DNA of 64,000 nucleotides, taken from positions 64,916,471-64,980,470 of the forward strand of contig JARFYF010000112.1 of the NCBI GenBank assembly GCA_030265395.1, given 5' to 3'. The position numbers and the translations under genes are program-made. Each line of letters begins with the position of its first letter. The stretch's first letter is position 1. Under the pieces are notes generated by a model. It was not told where the DNA came from. It ran no database searches and was given only the letters and a program-made list of their open reading frames with translations. Of this stretch, positions 13,390-24,970 are shown in pieces. This stretch comes from Rhina ancylostomus. Its lineage: Eukaryota.

Positions 13390-13880
13390 AAAAATAGAAG
13401 GAAGCTATTGGGCCCATCAAGTCTATTCTGGCTCTCAGAGCACTGCCAGCAATCCCATCCATTTCCCTACAACCTATTCTCTCACGTGGGCCCATTAAGA
13501 CCCCACCCCCATTACCACATACCCCCCTCCCCTGATTTTCCAACCAGNNNNNNNNNNNNNNNNNNNNNNNNNNNNNNNNNNNNNNNNNNNNNNNNNNNNN
13601 NNNNNNNNNNNNNNNNNNNNNNNNNNNNNNNNNNNNNNNNNNNNNNNTCCCCTGATTGTCCAACCAGCTACCTACACTCGGATGGTAATTAGCAGCAGCC
13701 TATTAACCTACCAATCAGCATGTCCTCAGGATGTAGGATGTAACCAGAGCACCTGGGGGAAAACCCATGCAGTCACAGGGAGAATGTATAGATTTCACAC
13801 ATCCAGCACTGGAGGGGCAGATTGGAGCTAACTGACTGGAGCTGTGAGACAACTGCACTACCTGCAGCACCTCCATACCA
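13390..13880 (-). mobile_element. tRNA-derived V-SINE (HE1-like) with CR1-derived tail
   Basis: AACCAGAGCACCTGGGGGAAAACCCATGCAGTCACAGGGAGAATGT is the reverse complement of the V-domain core. GGAGCTGTGAGAC...CACTACCTGCAGCACC is the reversed tRNA-like head. Contains a 100-N gap. Confidence 0.8.
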
Positions 13881-15944
13881 CCCCTGCACTACTGGGTCAA
13901 GGCAGGTGGGCCTGGGAGGTGGGGAGGGTTAAGGTGACAGGCAAATGGAAGCTCAGGGTCACCTTAATGGACTGACTGGAACGTTATGCAAACCGGTCTC
14001 CAGTGTGATGATTGAGAGTAGACAAGAGTAGACATTGAGAGTAGAGGTGGCAATTAGCCAGATTGGATTTGTCCTGTTATTTGTGATGGTCGGAACAGAC
14101 TTGGGGGCTAAATCAGCCATTCCCTTTCCTTTTTTCCTATGCCTTCTTGAGAGAGGAAAACAGGCTCCATGGAGTCACTGTCAGTCCTTCAGGGCAATTC
14201 TGGTAATCAATTGGAGGATGGATCACCATCCTGCAGTCACACCCTTCAAGCTCTTTTGCACACAATAATCCACAGCCATGAGTAGTCCGAGCTTCCATGG
14301 TAGAAAGTGAAGCTTTCATGATACTACTCTGGACCTTCATTACAGCACTCCGATTCTGAATGGCTGCTTCTTGCATTGCAGTGGAAGCTGAAATATTGGC
14401 TATCAGAAGTGGATCATATCTGTACAAAGATGCTGTGCAGCCTGAGTTGTCTCTAACTTCTGTACACAATCTATGCCAAACCAGTAACTAACTCCTCCAA
14501 GCCCTTTGACAGAGAGGAGAAAGTTCTAAGAGGCTTTCTAATGCAGTTAATATTCCATTAGCCATGACCAAGTGCCCTCTCCTGTAGCCTATTCCATCAA
14601 AGTCAATATCTGGATCTTCTGCTGCAGCCTCAGAGAGCTGTCACCCACAATATCCTTGGCCCTTGTAGATTCTAAATCGATATTATTATCTAAATTATAT
14701 ATTGTGATAGTATCTGAGCTGATGGTCTTGTTAACCCCTTTACTGCTTCTTTACAGTCCCAGTACTGCCTGGTTAGGTCGCCATTCCTACAAAAAGCACA
14801 ATTATGGTGCAGAGAGGTTATGTAGGAAGTGCATGCTTCTACCAACACCACCTTGCCAATCAGAAGAGAATGTGGATAAAGGGGGAAATGTGATGTGAGC
14901 ATTTAGAACGAAGATACCAGTGTCTGGATCTGGACATGTTGTCCTTTCAGTGTTATTTAAACATTCTATTTTCCTGAAAGGAAACAGGCCTCATTGCTCT
15001 GATGGCCACTGGAGGTCCTGTAGAGAACTGATGGCTAGCTGTAATACCGAGATCAGTACATTCTGAATTTCTGCATCGCTTCACCGAAGTGCAAAATAAT
15101 GGAGGTGAGATATGGGCACATCTGACCTTGTTCTTTGCCTTGGAATCATTACTGAATCTGAGGGGTTCCATAATGTCCTGAATTGAAGGTCCAGATTCAC
15201 TTCATATCTGGCCCCTTAGGATGCCATTCATTTGAGCAGAATATCTGATTATAATTAAAAAGGTGAACATAGGCAAATATGTTTTCCTTTATTTCTCTAT
15301 GTGTTTATGTTTTTAGCTAATTAACAATATCCTGTGTTTTTATTAATTGGTACTTGGGGCAAAGCATCAAGATGTACAATGTAGACATCTGGTTGTTTTA
15401 TTTTTGAGTTTAATTCACTCGTGGGGTTACTGCAGAGCTGAGGCTTTGAAGTTATTGGCAGCTGTGGAACCACTAAAAGTTAGTGGGGTTGTGGGGCTAG
15501 CACGGAGAGACAGGTTTGTGCAGCAGAATATGATCAGGCCCAATACTGTGCCAGCCAATCAAATGTAAACTTTGACCTGTTGACCAATATGCATTTTTCA
15601 TTTCATCATCTCATTTGTCAGCACACTGGAAATGTCCAATCAGCAAGCTAACATCCTTTCAGAATACGATACCTTGCTATTTAAAGGACTTATTAAACAT
15701 TAATAAAGACCCTTTATTTTGTGTGAATAGCTTTAGATGCAGATGGAAAATGTGGCCTGGAGTTAAACGCATTTAGCTCTTCAGTGAATTAAGTGTCAAA
15801 ACATAATAAATGATATGAAGAAGAGCAAACAGATCGGTGGTTCCTCTGGTTCTGTTGGCAAAGGAAAGGAAGCTGGTGATTCAGAGAAGGCTGAGGACAC
15901 TGCATTTTTATGATAAGGGAAACCCTTCCAGAAACCAAGAGGAG

Positions 15945-16095
15945 ACATAAGAGACTGCAGATGTTGGGATCTGGAGCAACACAAAAAGTGCTGGAGGAAC
16001 TCAGTGGGTCAGGCAGCTGAGTCAGACTGTCCGTTTACCTCCATAGATGCTGCCTGACCCACTGAGTTCCTCCAGCACTTTTGTGTTGCTTCCAG
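15945..16095. mobile_element. Short fold-back element made of Penelope-type terminal repeats
   Basis: Arms 15975-16017 and 16049-16090 are reverse complements apart from a 1-nt indel (AGCAACACAAAAAGTGCTGGAGGAACTCAGTGGGTCAGGCAGC). Confidence 0.8.
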
Positions 16096-17019
16096 AGACC
16101 AATCTGTGTTCCAAGTACATGCTGGCTTAATTGTTTGCAGTAGATATATGGTCACTGTAGTTATGACACATCATTAAAATTACTGGCTCTTTTGTTCCAC
16201 ATGTGTAACTTTGCCAGAGGTCTGGCAGGTTAACTTTGCCACAAGGTCATGAACTTGTTAATAGAACAGAAGCAACTCTGAGGAAATATCAACTGTTCTT
16301 TTCAGCCTGAAGTGCAATCTGGGCAATATTTAGGTGGGTTCCCAAGACCTCCATGAGCTAATCCATTATTCATCTTAGCCACAATGACCAGGAAAGTCCC
16401 AAGTTCATCCTGTTCTCATTTAACTGTTCTCACCTGAAGTTGAAGTTAACCTATGAAATTGTACCTGCTTCCCCAACTGTTATTCATTGACCCCTCCTGG
16501 ATGTATGTTTATGACTGGATGTTAAATGTGGATTTGGCAAGTCTTAAATATGATGACTCTTGTGTTGAATAGTTTTCCAAAATATGTTGTGAAACTATAC
16601 ATGAATGACCTCTTCAGCAAGATGCTGATGGATCAATTAATGCCTCTTGGCTTGAAATGCAGCATAGGGTCAAATATTTCCAAATAGAGAGGATGAGGAA
16701 AAATTGGCAGAGATGACGTGAGAAGAAAATAAGATATTAACTTGCAGTGAATGGTTATTATGTTGTTCATAATGTTGGCTTATATTGCAAGAGGGCTGGA
16801 AAACAAAAGTAAGAAGTCTTGCTATAGCTATATAGGGCACTGGTGAAACCACATCCATAGTACTAGCTGCAGTCTCAGTCTATTTTAGTTAAGGAAGTAA
16901 AGGCCTGAATTAGGACAGGGCAGCAAAGGTTTATTAGATTAACTCCTGAGATGAAAGGTTATTCTAAGGGGGGAATGATTGAAAAGAATGGTGCTATATC
17001 CTTTGGAGACTGATGTTTG

Positions 17020-17065
17020 GATTCAGAGAAATAAGTGATTTTGATTCAGAGAAATAAGTGATTTT
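17020..17065. repeat. Perfect 23 bp tandem duplication
   Basis: GATTCAGAGAAATAAGTGATTTT x2. Confidence 0.95.
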
Positions 17066-17439
17066 TCTTCTTGTCCATCTGCAAAGTCATAGACTTTTCC
17101 ATGGTATTGGTTAGTCTGGTGAATGGTGATAGCAAGAATGGTTGTAACATCCAAATGGTGTGTGTAGTTCTAATACTGCAGGTTTGACAGAGATTGTGAT
17201 GTTGAAGATGTAGAAGTAATAATACTGTCAAAAGTTTGAGTGTGGTTCAACACTTATTTGTAAATGAAAATCAAAAACAGCTGCAGATGCTGGAAATCTG
17301 AAATGAAAACAAAATACTTAAAAAAACTCAGCGGGTCAGGTAGTATCTGTGGAAAGAGAAACAGAGATTCTTTTTCTTGTAAAAGCAAATCTATGGTTGT
17401 GACAGAGGACCTCAGTATATTCAAAGCTTATCTATTACA

Positions 17440-17942
17440 CAACCATAGTGGCTACAAAAAGAGCAGGTCAGAGGCTGGGTTTACCACAATGATTAACTCA
17501 CCAGATCACAGGCTTCTTACTATCTGCACGGCACAAGCTAGATGTGTGATGGAATACTCCCAATTTGCCTGGATCAGCGCTGCTCCAGCAACTTCCAAGA
17601 AGCACAACTCTATATCCAGGACAAAGCAGCCCCCTTAACTGGCATTCCATTAACTACCCTAAAAGTAAAATGCCTCAATCTCTGGCACATAGTGGCTGCA
17701 AGATCTACATAATGCACTCTGGTTACTCACCCAGACTAATCTGATATTTCCTCACAAACCTGCGACTGCCAGCACCAAGAAGGACAAGGGCAGCCGGCAC
17801 ATGGAAACAGCACCACCTACAGGTTCCCCTCCAAGCCACTCATCCTACTGACCTGGAAATATATCATAGTGCTTCATCGGCATTGGGTATAAATCCTGAA
17901 ACTCCTTCCCACCAACACTCTAAGTGCGCCTTCACCGGAAGA
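17440..17942 (+). mobile_element. CR1-group (Crack/L2-related) LINE 3' fragment
   Basis: AQARCVMEYSQFAWISAAPAT motif. Same family as 45120-46015 and 56510-56880. Confidence 0.8.
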
Positions 17943-18034
17943 NNNNNNNNNNNNNNNNNNNNNNNNNNNNNNNNNNNNNNNNNNNNNNNNNNNNNNNNNN
18001 NNNNAATTCTGGCCAGCAACAAAGTTATGTGAGT

Positions 18035-18575
18035 CGTCATAATCCTACAGCACAGAAACAGGTCCTTTAGCCTATCCTGAACATGCTGATCAATATGAAT
18101 TGATACCTATACCAATCCTACTTACCTACACTTGATCCATAGCCTTCTATGCCTTGCCCATTCAACTGCCTGTCCGGATGCTTCTTAACTGTTGTGAGAG
18201 TCTCCACCTCCACCACCCTCTCAGGCAGGTCATTCCAAACTCCAATTATGCTCTGGGTGAAAAAAATCTTCTTTTTACTTCCTCTGAACCTCTTGCTCAC
18301 CTTAAACCTAAGCCCTCTGGTTATAGATACCTCTGCTAGGTAGGTATGCTTACAATAGTCTACCCTATCTATACCCCCAATAATTTTGTACATTCTAACA
18401 GGATCCCCCCTCATCCTTCTCCACTCCAAGGAAAACAAACTCAATCTCTCATCATAACTGAAACATTCCATCCCAAGCAACATCCTGGTGAATCTCCTCT
18501 GTACTCTCTCCAGAGCAATCAGTTCCTTTCTGTACTGAGGTAAGAGGCTGTAATATTCAAAACAATGTTGCAATC
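18035..18575 (-). mobile_element. CR1 LINE 3' fragment, comparatively well preserved
   Basis: ORF 18118-18573 reads YRKELIALERVQRRFTRML...LFSLEWRRMRGD...FFTQ...VWNDLPERVVE, the CR1 ORF2 C-terminus. Confidence 0.92.
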
Positions 18576-19584
18576 ATACATTAAGTTTTGACCAATAAGA
18601 GCCAACCACTCCTTTTTTTAGCATGTATCCGTTTCATCCAACTAATAATTCAGCAAGTAACTGACATGCTTTGATAACTGTATCATCAGCTACTTTGTTC
18701 TGTGAAAATTCCCTTCAGTTTGACTCTTCTATCAACTCCCTTCTGCAATAAATCCAGCAACTTCCAAACTGTTTCCCCAGTTACAATCAATTATTTAAAT
18801 TTTCATCATTGACACTTGGATTCAATAATCACTTACCACTCATTTAACTGATCAAATCTCACAGTATGCCTTTCTTTTCTCCAAAGGCAATTTGTTTCCT
18901 CACCTGAGGTGAAGAGTTTGGAAAAGTGAGAGTTTCAGTCAATTTCACAACGTGTAAAATTGAAATAAGACTTATTTTCTCATTGAAGCTGAATTTAAAC
19001 TCCTCTTATACACAGTGATTGGATTTAAAGAGATAATCATTAAGCCAAACTTAGAAAAAATAAAAATAACACTTTTTTATAGGGTCAGCTGGCAAACTAT
19101 ACAGTGTGTTACTTTTGATGGGATACTCCATGTGATAATGCCATCTGGAAGCCAACTGATATTTTGAGAAAGAAAACGAAGGGGTTTGCTGATACAGCCA
19201 CATACCTGGGTCAGTAAAGTACTGGGGGAATGAAAGGCCCCTAGAGTTGATGAAGGAAGAAAACAGAGTCACTAATAACAGAAGTATTCAATGGAAAACA
19301 ATTGAAATTAAATACAACAGATTACTCCAAAGGGACTTATAAGGACGTTCATAGGGTGGTTTTAAATTGAAATGGTGGAGTCAAAGAGTTCACAGGATGA
19401 TAATCTCAAAAATTGATATAAAGATCTGAAAGAAATAGACCAAAGAAGGGAAACAACCATTAGGTACATTAACCATTTAAAGGTTTAGTTGAAACTTCAT
19501 GGTTCACTATTACATGCAATGACACAGAGAGCGGCTGCAAAATTTTTTTTGCTATAGCAAATTGTCCTAAATTTTACTGTGTGT

Positions 19585-21260
19585 ATTCATCCTCTTAAGT
19601 CACCCCTTGGAATTGAAGTTGATTTAATTCCACTCTGAGGTTTCTGAGGTGACTGATGAGGCCAGCATGGGACTTGCATATTTTGCCCCAGTTGGGGAGA
19701 AGGTACTTGGGGAGACAGATAGTTCACTTGTGAGTTGATATATTCCATCCACCATTTCTGCTGGCCCTCTGTGTGCTCCTGATGCATGGACTCAAGGTGC
19801 TCAGTGTTACCCTGAAAGCTCTTCTCCATTCAGAGTGCTTGTAGGCATCAGTGAAAGACGCTGCATATTTTCAAGAAAGATTTGAAAATATTCTTAAGTC
19901 CTTGCCTCTGCCCAACTGTTTCAGGAATCTGGTGTCAGGCATGCAAATAATGTGACCTGACCAAAAAAGCTGACTGAGCTGTTATAATCCATGAGGGCCT
20001 TATTGCTATGGACATTGGTTCACCTATCCTACCAGATGATTTTGAGGAGACAGAATTAGTATCATCACTTCATTGCTTTGAGGTGCCTGCTGTATATAGT
20101 GTAGGTCTCAGATGCATATGGGGTGGGGGTGAGTGGGAGACAGGGATCGTTATTGCCCAGTGATTTTTGTGCCTGGTTTGGGGTCTTAATCTTCAAACAG
20201 CTTTCTCCTGAGATGGCCAATAGCCACGTTAGTTCAATGAAAGCAATAGAGAAGTTCATTATTGATGTCTGCATTTACCGAGAGGTGGCTCCTGAGATAT
20301 GGGAAGTGGTCCATATTTTTGAGGGTCTTGACATGGACCTTTATTAACAGAAGAGAGTGTTGTACAGTGGGATAGGTTGGCAGAGGTCATTTGTGTTGTG
20401 GAAGTTCTGTCCAAGGCCCATCTCCTTCAGGAAATGAGTCAATAATTACTTGAAGCTCAGCCTCCAAATGTGCACAAACTCAAATATCATCTGCATACTG
20501 CAGCTTGATTACTGAGGTTGGGGTGACCTTGGTTCTGGAGTGTAGGCAACGTAAGTTGAACTGTCTCCGATTAGTTCTGTATATTGCTTCCACTCCAGCG
20601 GGAAACATGTTGGAGTTGAGATGAAGCATTATTGGCATGAAAGACAGAAAGAAGTGTTGGGGCAATTGGGCAAGAATGCAACATTGCCTGACAGCAGTCT
20701 GCACTGAAATTAGAGCTGTTGTGTGCCTGTTGGTTAGGTTCATGGCTCGCATGCCACCATGAAGCAAATGTAATATGGAGACAAATTTCTGCAGGGAGGT
20801 AAATTTCAGAATCCCTGACCATCAAAGTGAGGTCAGTGCTATTTCCTGCTTTTCTTTTAGAGTTGAAGTGCAATGAAGATTATGTCCATTATGGCTCTGA
20901 ATAGATAAAATGCACACTGCTATTCCAGGATTCCCAATTTTTCACTGGAAGTAGGTAGTTGAGGAGGAACCGTGATGACTTTCCCTACAGCAGATAGCAA
21001 GGAGACCCCTCTATTGTTACCACAGCCATATTAGTCTACATTTTTGGAAATGGTCATTTATGGTATTTCTGAGATCCCCCTGCATGCGCTCCTCTTCCAT
21101 TAATGCCAGACAGGCACCAACTTGCCAAGTTTACGTTGCATAATATATTTTACCTTTTGATAATATATTACATTTGTACCATGCTTTCAATGTTAAACCA
21201 AGTCCATCAGAAAGAATTTTTAACAATGATGCTCTGTGTTTCTTTGCAAATTTGCTCTGA
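19585..21260 (-). mobile_element. RTE-clade LINE, decayed RT region
   Basis: Minus translation VRQCCILA...IYRTNRRQFNLRCLHSRTKV...LQYADD shows the RTE RT signature with YADD. Confidence 0.88.
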
Positions 21261-21289
21261 TGTGACTCTACGCTGCCTACTTTCTTGAT

Positions 21290-21440
21290 ACAACACATGA
21301 GATGCTAGAGGAACTCAGTGAGTCAGGCAACATCTATGGAGGAAAATGGACAGTCAATGTTTTGGGTCTCGACTGAGCCACTGAGTTCCTCCACCATTTT
21401 GTGTGTTGCTCAGATTTCTGTATCTGCAATGTCTTCTGTC
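21290..21440. mobile_element. Second fold-back copy of the Penelope-type terminal element
   Basis: CAACACATGAGATGCTAGAGGAACTCAGTG ... CACTGAGTTCCTCCACCATTTTGTGTGTTG, same family as 15945. Confidence 0.8.
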
Positions 21441-23826
21441 TTATTTTCTCAATAGTAGGTTTGTTGATTCTTTTTCTTCAAGTGAGTTTTCAAGGGGCAA
21501 GTATTTCTGATAATCCAGAACACAATGCAATGCCATTTCTGTGGAATATTAATAAAAACATGAAATGAAGATAACATGTTTAACATGAGGCCTATACTTG
21601 CTATAGTCATACTGTTATTCTGCGTTAGAGGAAGATCTTCTGTACCTGTTGGGGAAAGGATTTATCTTTGTAATGCCATACCTTCTGAGAGTGCTCCTGC
21701 TGCAAGCAGTCAGTGGTGTTGTCAGCTCCCTGCGGCCACACTCCCTTCTCTGGGGAAGCAGGGAACAACCAGAGCAGCACAGTACTACAGTCGCTGGGTG
21801 CTTTTGCTCCATCTCTGGCTGTGTATAGACCAGCTATCCATTTTTGCTGATGATCGGGGAAGGTTGGTGACTCAAGCCAGAAACTTGAATGTTACAATAG
21901 TGTCTTTTAAACAACTGTTTGCTGCTACGCAATTTGACTCAAATCGTAAATCGGATGAATTCCAGATCTGGTCAGCGCAATGCATTCCAACCATTTCTGG
22001 CTAGAAGCAGCTTTCAGTAGTATAAACTCTGCAGAGGAAACTCTGGTTCTTTCGAGCTAAGGGAATATTATAGCTGCAGTCAGCAGCTCAGCATCTGCTG
22101 ATCCCATACATACCCAGTCTCATCCTCTGATATTAATAACTACTCTAAAACCGTGCATTAAACTTGCTGTAGTCCTGCTCCATTGGGCTAATTAGATCTT
22201 GCTTTCTCTCTTTAGTTTTTTGTGTTAAGGACCCAGATTACCTGGAATTCTGTGATGAGCTGACTGTGGTTATATCCGCCTTATGGACTGATCCCTAATG
22301 ATATTCAATGGAAGGTCGGAGAAAGGTTCAGTGAATCAGTTGATAATCAAACATCAGGAAAAAGAAGCAAAAACAAAATCAATATTCTATTAGTTCAGTC
22401 TCTGGTTTAGAAGAGGCTGATTTACTTCATGTCTGAACATATAACATTGTGTTCAGTCTGACAGACCATTCTTGAAGAAAGGTCAATTGAAGTGTATATA
22501 CTTTTCTCTGCTACCAGCCAATGGGGCCCAGGTAAATTTTGGATTTATTGGTTTCAGTAGCAGGAGATGCATATCTTTGTTTCTTTCTTAAAATTAAAAA
22601 TGTTCAGGTACAAGCATGCATTGTGTCCTTCTGCTATCCTTTGGATCACATAACATGGGTGTTAATTGGTGCTAAAGGTGCAACTGAAGTGGAAGCATAT
22701 TGGAATGAAACTAATTCCTTCAGAGAGCACCTTGAAGCTTGTGTTGATGTTTTCTGTGTGATTTTGTAATATCCTAAAATATAATAACTATTTACATCTT
22801 TAATCTCCAGTGGACTGCAGGACTCAGGACTCTTACAGTTCTGGACTCGTTTTTTTTTCTAATCAGTTTTAAATGGAAGCTGAGTGCCAACTTTATTTGT
22901 TAATTTTCTTTCCCCCTTCTTACCATATACTTCCTCAAGGTGTCATGTATAATTCCACAAGGATCAGTTGTTGTCCAGCATTCTACTGACGTGGCAATTT
23001 TGATGATGCACTTTGGCCATGAGTGCTGACAGACTATTCAATGCAGCCAGAAAGGATCAGAGCTGAGCTCAATCCTCAGCTCATCCGAATCCACATTCAA
23101 AAACTTTTCAATTCAATCTCATGGATAGTGGTCCACTACTGCTTAATTTGCCCCTGTCCTGCCCTGTTTGGATGGGTGGTGGTGGGTGGGGACTAGTGAG
23201 AGCAGGCAAAGGGCTGTGGTAATGCTGTTCTTGAAACCAGTTATAGCATTCAGCTATTGTCAATTAACTTAATAGAAATGGGATTTTCTGGCCTGTATAG
23301 CACTGTTATCAAAGCATAGAGTTAATTTATTAGAGAGCTTTAATTCAACTCAACTAAATAGCATTAAAAATTTATAATAAAGATGACTTTGGTTTTGTTT
23401 TACTCCCCTCTTACAAAAGGGACAGTCTGCAATCCTTCCTGGCCAGTGAAAGTAGAGCAGTCTGGAAAACATCCTTTTCCTTTCCTTGTTGATTAGAATA
23501 GTCAATCTGCCAAATCCAAGACAATGAGGATTTACTTACTGATAAGTACAAGGCACCGACTAAATGGATTTAAGGGACATCATAAACACCAGATATGACA
23601 CTCAAATGGTGAAAGTGAAACCTCACTGTGATGATATGTTATAATTAGAAAAGAGAGCAAGGGAAATAGAAAGAGACAGATATATGGGAAGACACAGTTC
23701 TTTTTCCATCTTTTGCCCTTAGGGAGTATGTAAGGAGTTGATGATGTTGGATGATTTGGTGCAACAATCATTGAATGCCATACAAACCAGATGGGAAAGT
23801 GAATTTTGAGGAGGACATACAGATTC

Positions 23827-24197
23827 TGTCACAATGTTGAGCAAAGAGCAAGCTCGCAGAGAACCCAAATGCAGCAATGCAGCACACTGATACAAGACTG
23901 GAGTCAGGATACTTCCTCAGGACAAATACAGGCAGCAACTGGAAGGAATCTTGCCTCAGAGATCANNNNNNNNNNNNNNNNNNNNNNNNNNNNNNNNNNN
24001 NNNNNNNNNNNNNNNNNNNNNNNNNNNNNNNNNNNNNNNNNNNNNNNNNNNNNNNNNNNNNNNNNAGGTACTTATGCTAGGCCCCTGATGGGGCTCAGGT
24101 GTGTGTCATTATGCAATCAGTCCAGCAAGGAATCCATGTGCTCTGTAACAAGGCATCTAAGGGGCCAAATCAAGGGCCAGTACTCAGAACCATGACA
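23827..24197 (-). mobile_element. Solo LTR (family A) with a 5 bp target-site duplication
   Basis: TGTCA...TGACA termini flanked by GATTC at 23822-23826 and 24198-24202. Internal 100-N gap. Confidence 0.9.
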
Positions 24198-24209
24198 GAT
24201 TCTGAAAAG

Positions 24210-24970
24210 GAATTTAGAAAGATGACGTGATGGGCCACAGGATGGAGTATAACTTGAAAATATATGAAGTTGCGCTTTATTGTAGGAAGAATAGGACACA
24301 GTTTTTTTATGAGAAATATTAAGTGTTGGGAAATACAAAAAGTAAAAATCCAGCTTCAGCAAACAATTAGGAAGGCAAATGTATGTTGGTGACCATTACA
24401 GGGGACTGGAGTACAAAAGTAAGGGAGTGTTGTTGAGATTTTAAAGGGGATTAGTGAAATTTCATTGAGAGTTTTAGTCTCCTTATTAAACAAGCATATA
24501 GCTACCTTAGATTCAGTGCAGCATAGATTCACTAGACAGCTTTTGTGGATGAGGTGTTGTCTTGTGAGGGAAAAGATAGATTTGCCTAAACCCTCTGGAG
24601 TTTAGAGTAATAATAGATGACCTCTTGAGGCTTACAGCATTCTGAGATGGATTGACAATGGATGCTGAGAGATTGTTTCTCCTTGGTAGAAAGTCCAGAA
24701 ATGAATGAATTAACCATTTAGAACTGGAATGAGAAGAAACTTCATTATTCAGAGAATTGCAAATGTGTAAAATGCTCCATTTCAGAGATCTACAGATGCT
24801 CAATCATTACAACCAAGGTTGATTGATGGATTTTTCAACCAAGTGAATTAGAGGATCTGGAGGTCAAGCAGGAAAGTAGACTTGAGGCATTTGATCAGCC
24901 ATGGTCTTATTGAAGGATGCAGCAGGCTTGAGGGGACATAGGCCTACTCCTGCCTCTATTTCCCATATTT
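24210..24970 (+). mobile_element. Decayed CR1 LINE 3' portion
   Basis: GAAGGCAAATG...GGAGTACAAAAGTAAGGGAG...CTCTGGAGTTTAGA... and the tail GCAGGCTTGAGGGGAC...GGCCTACTCCTGC. Confidence 0.8.

Noticed and set aside
21576-22004. 142 aa ORF with a signal-peptide-like start (MFNMRPILAIVILLFCVRG)
   Set aside because: The remainder has no recognisable domain or coding-like composition. It cannot be supported without expression or homology data.
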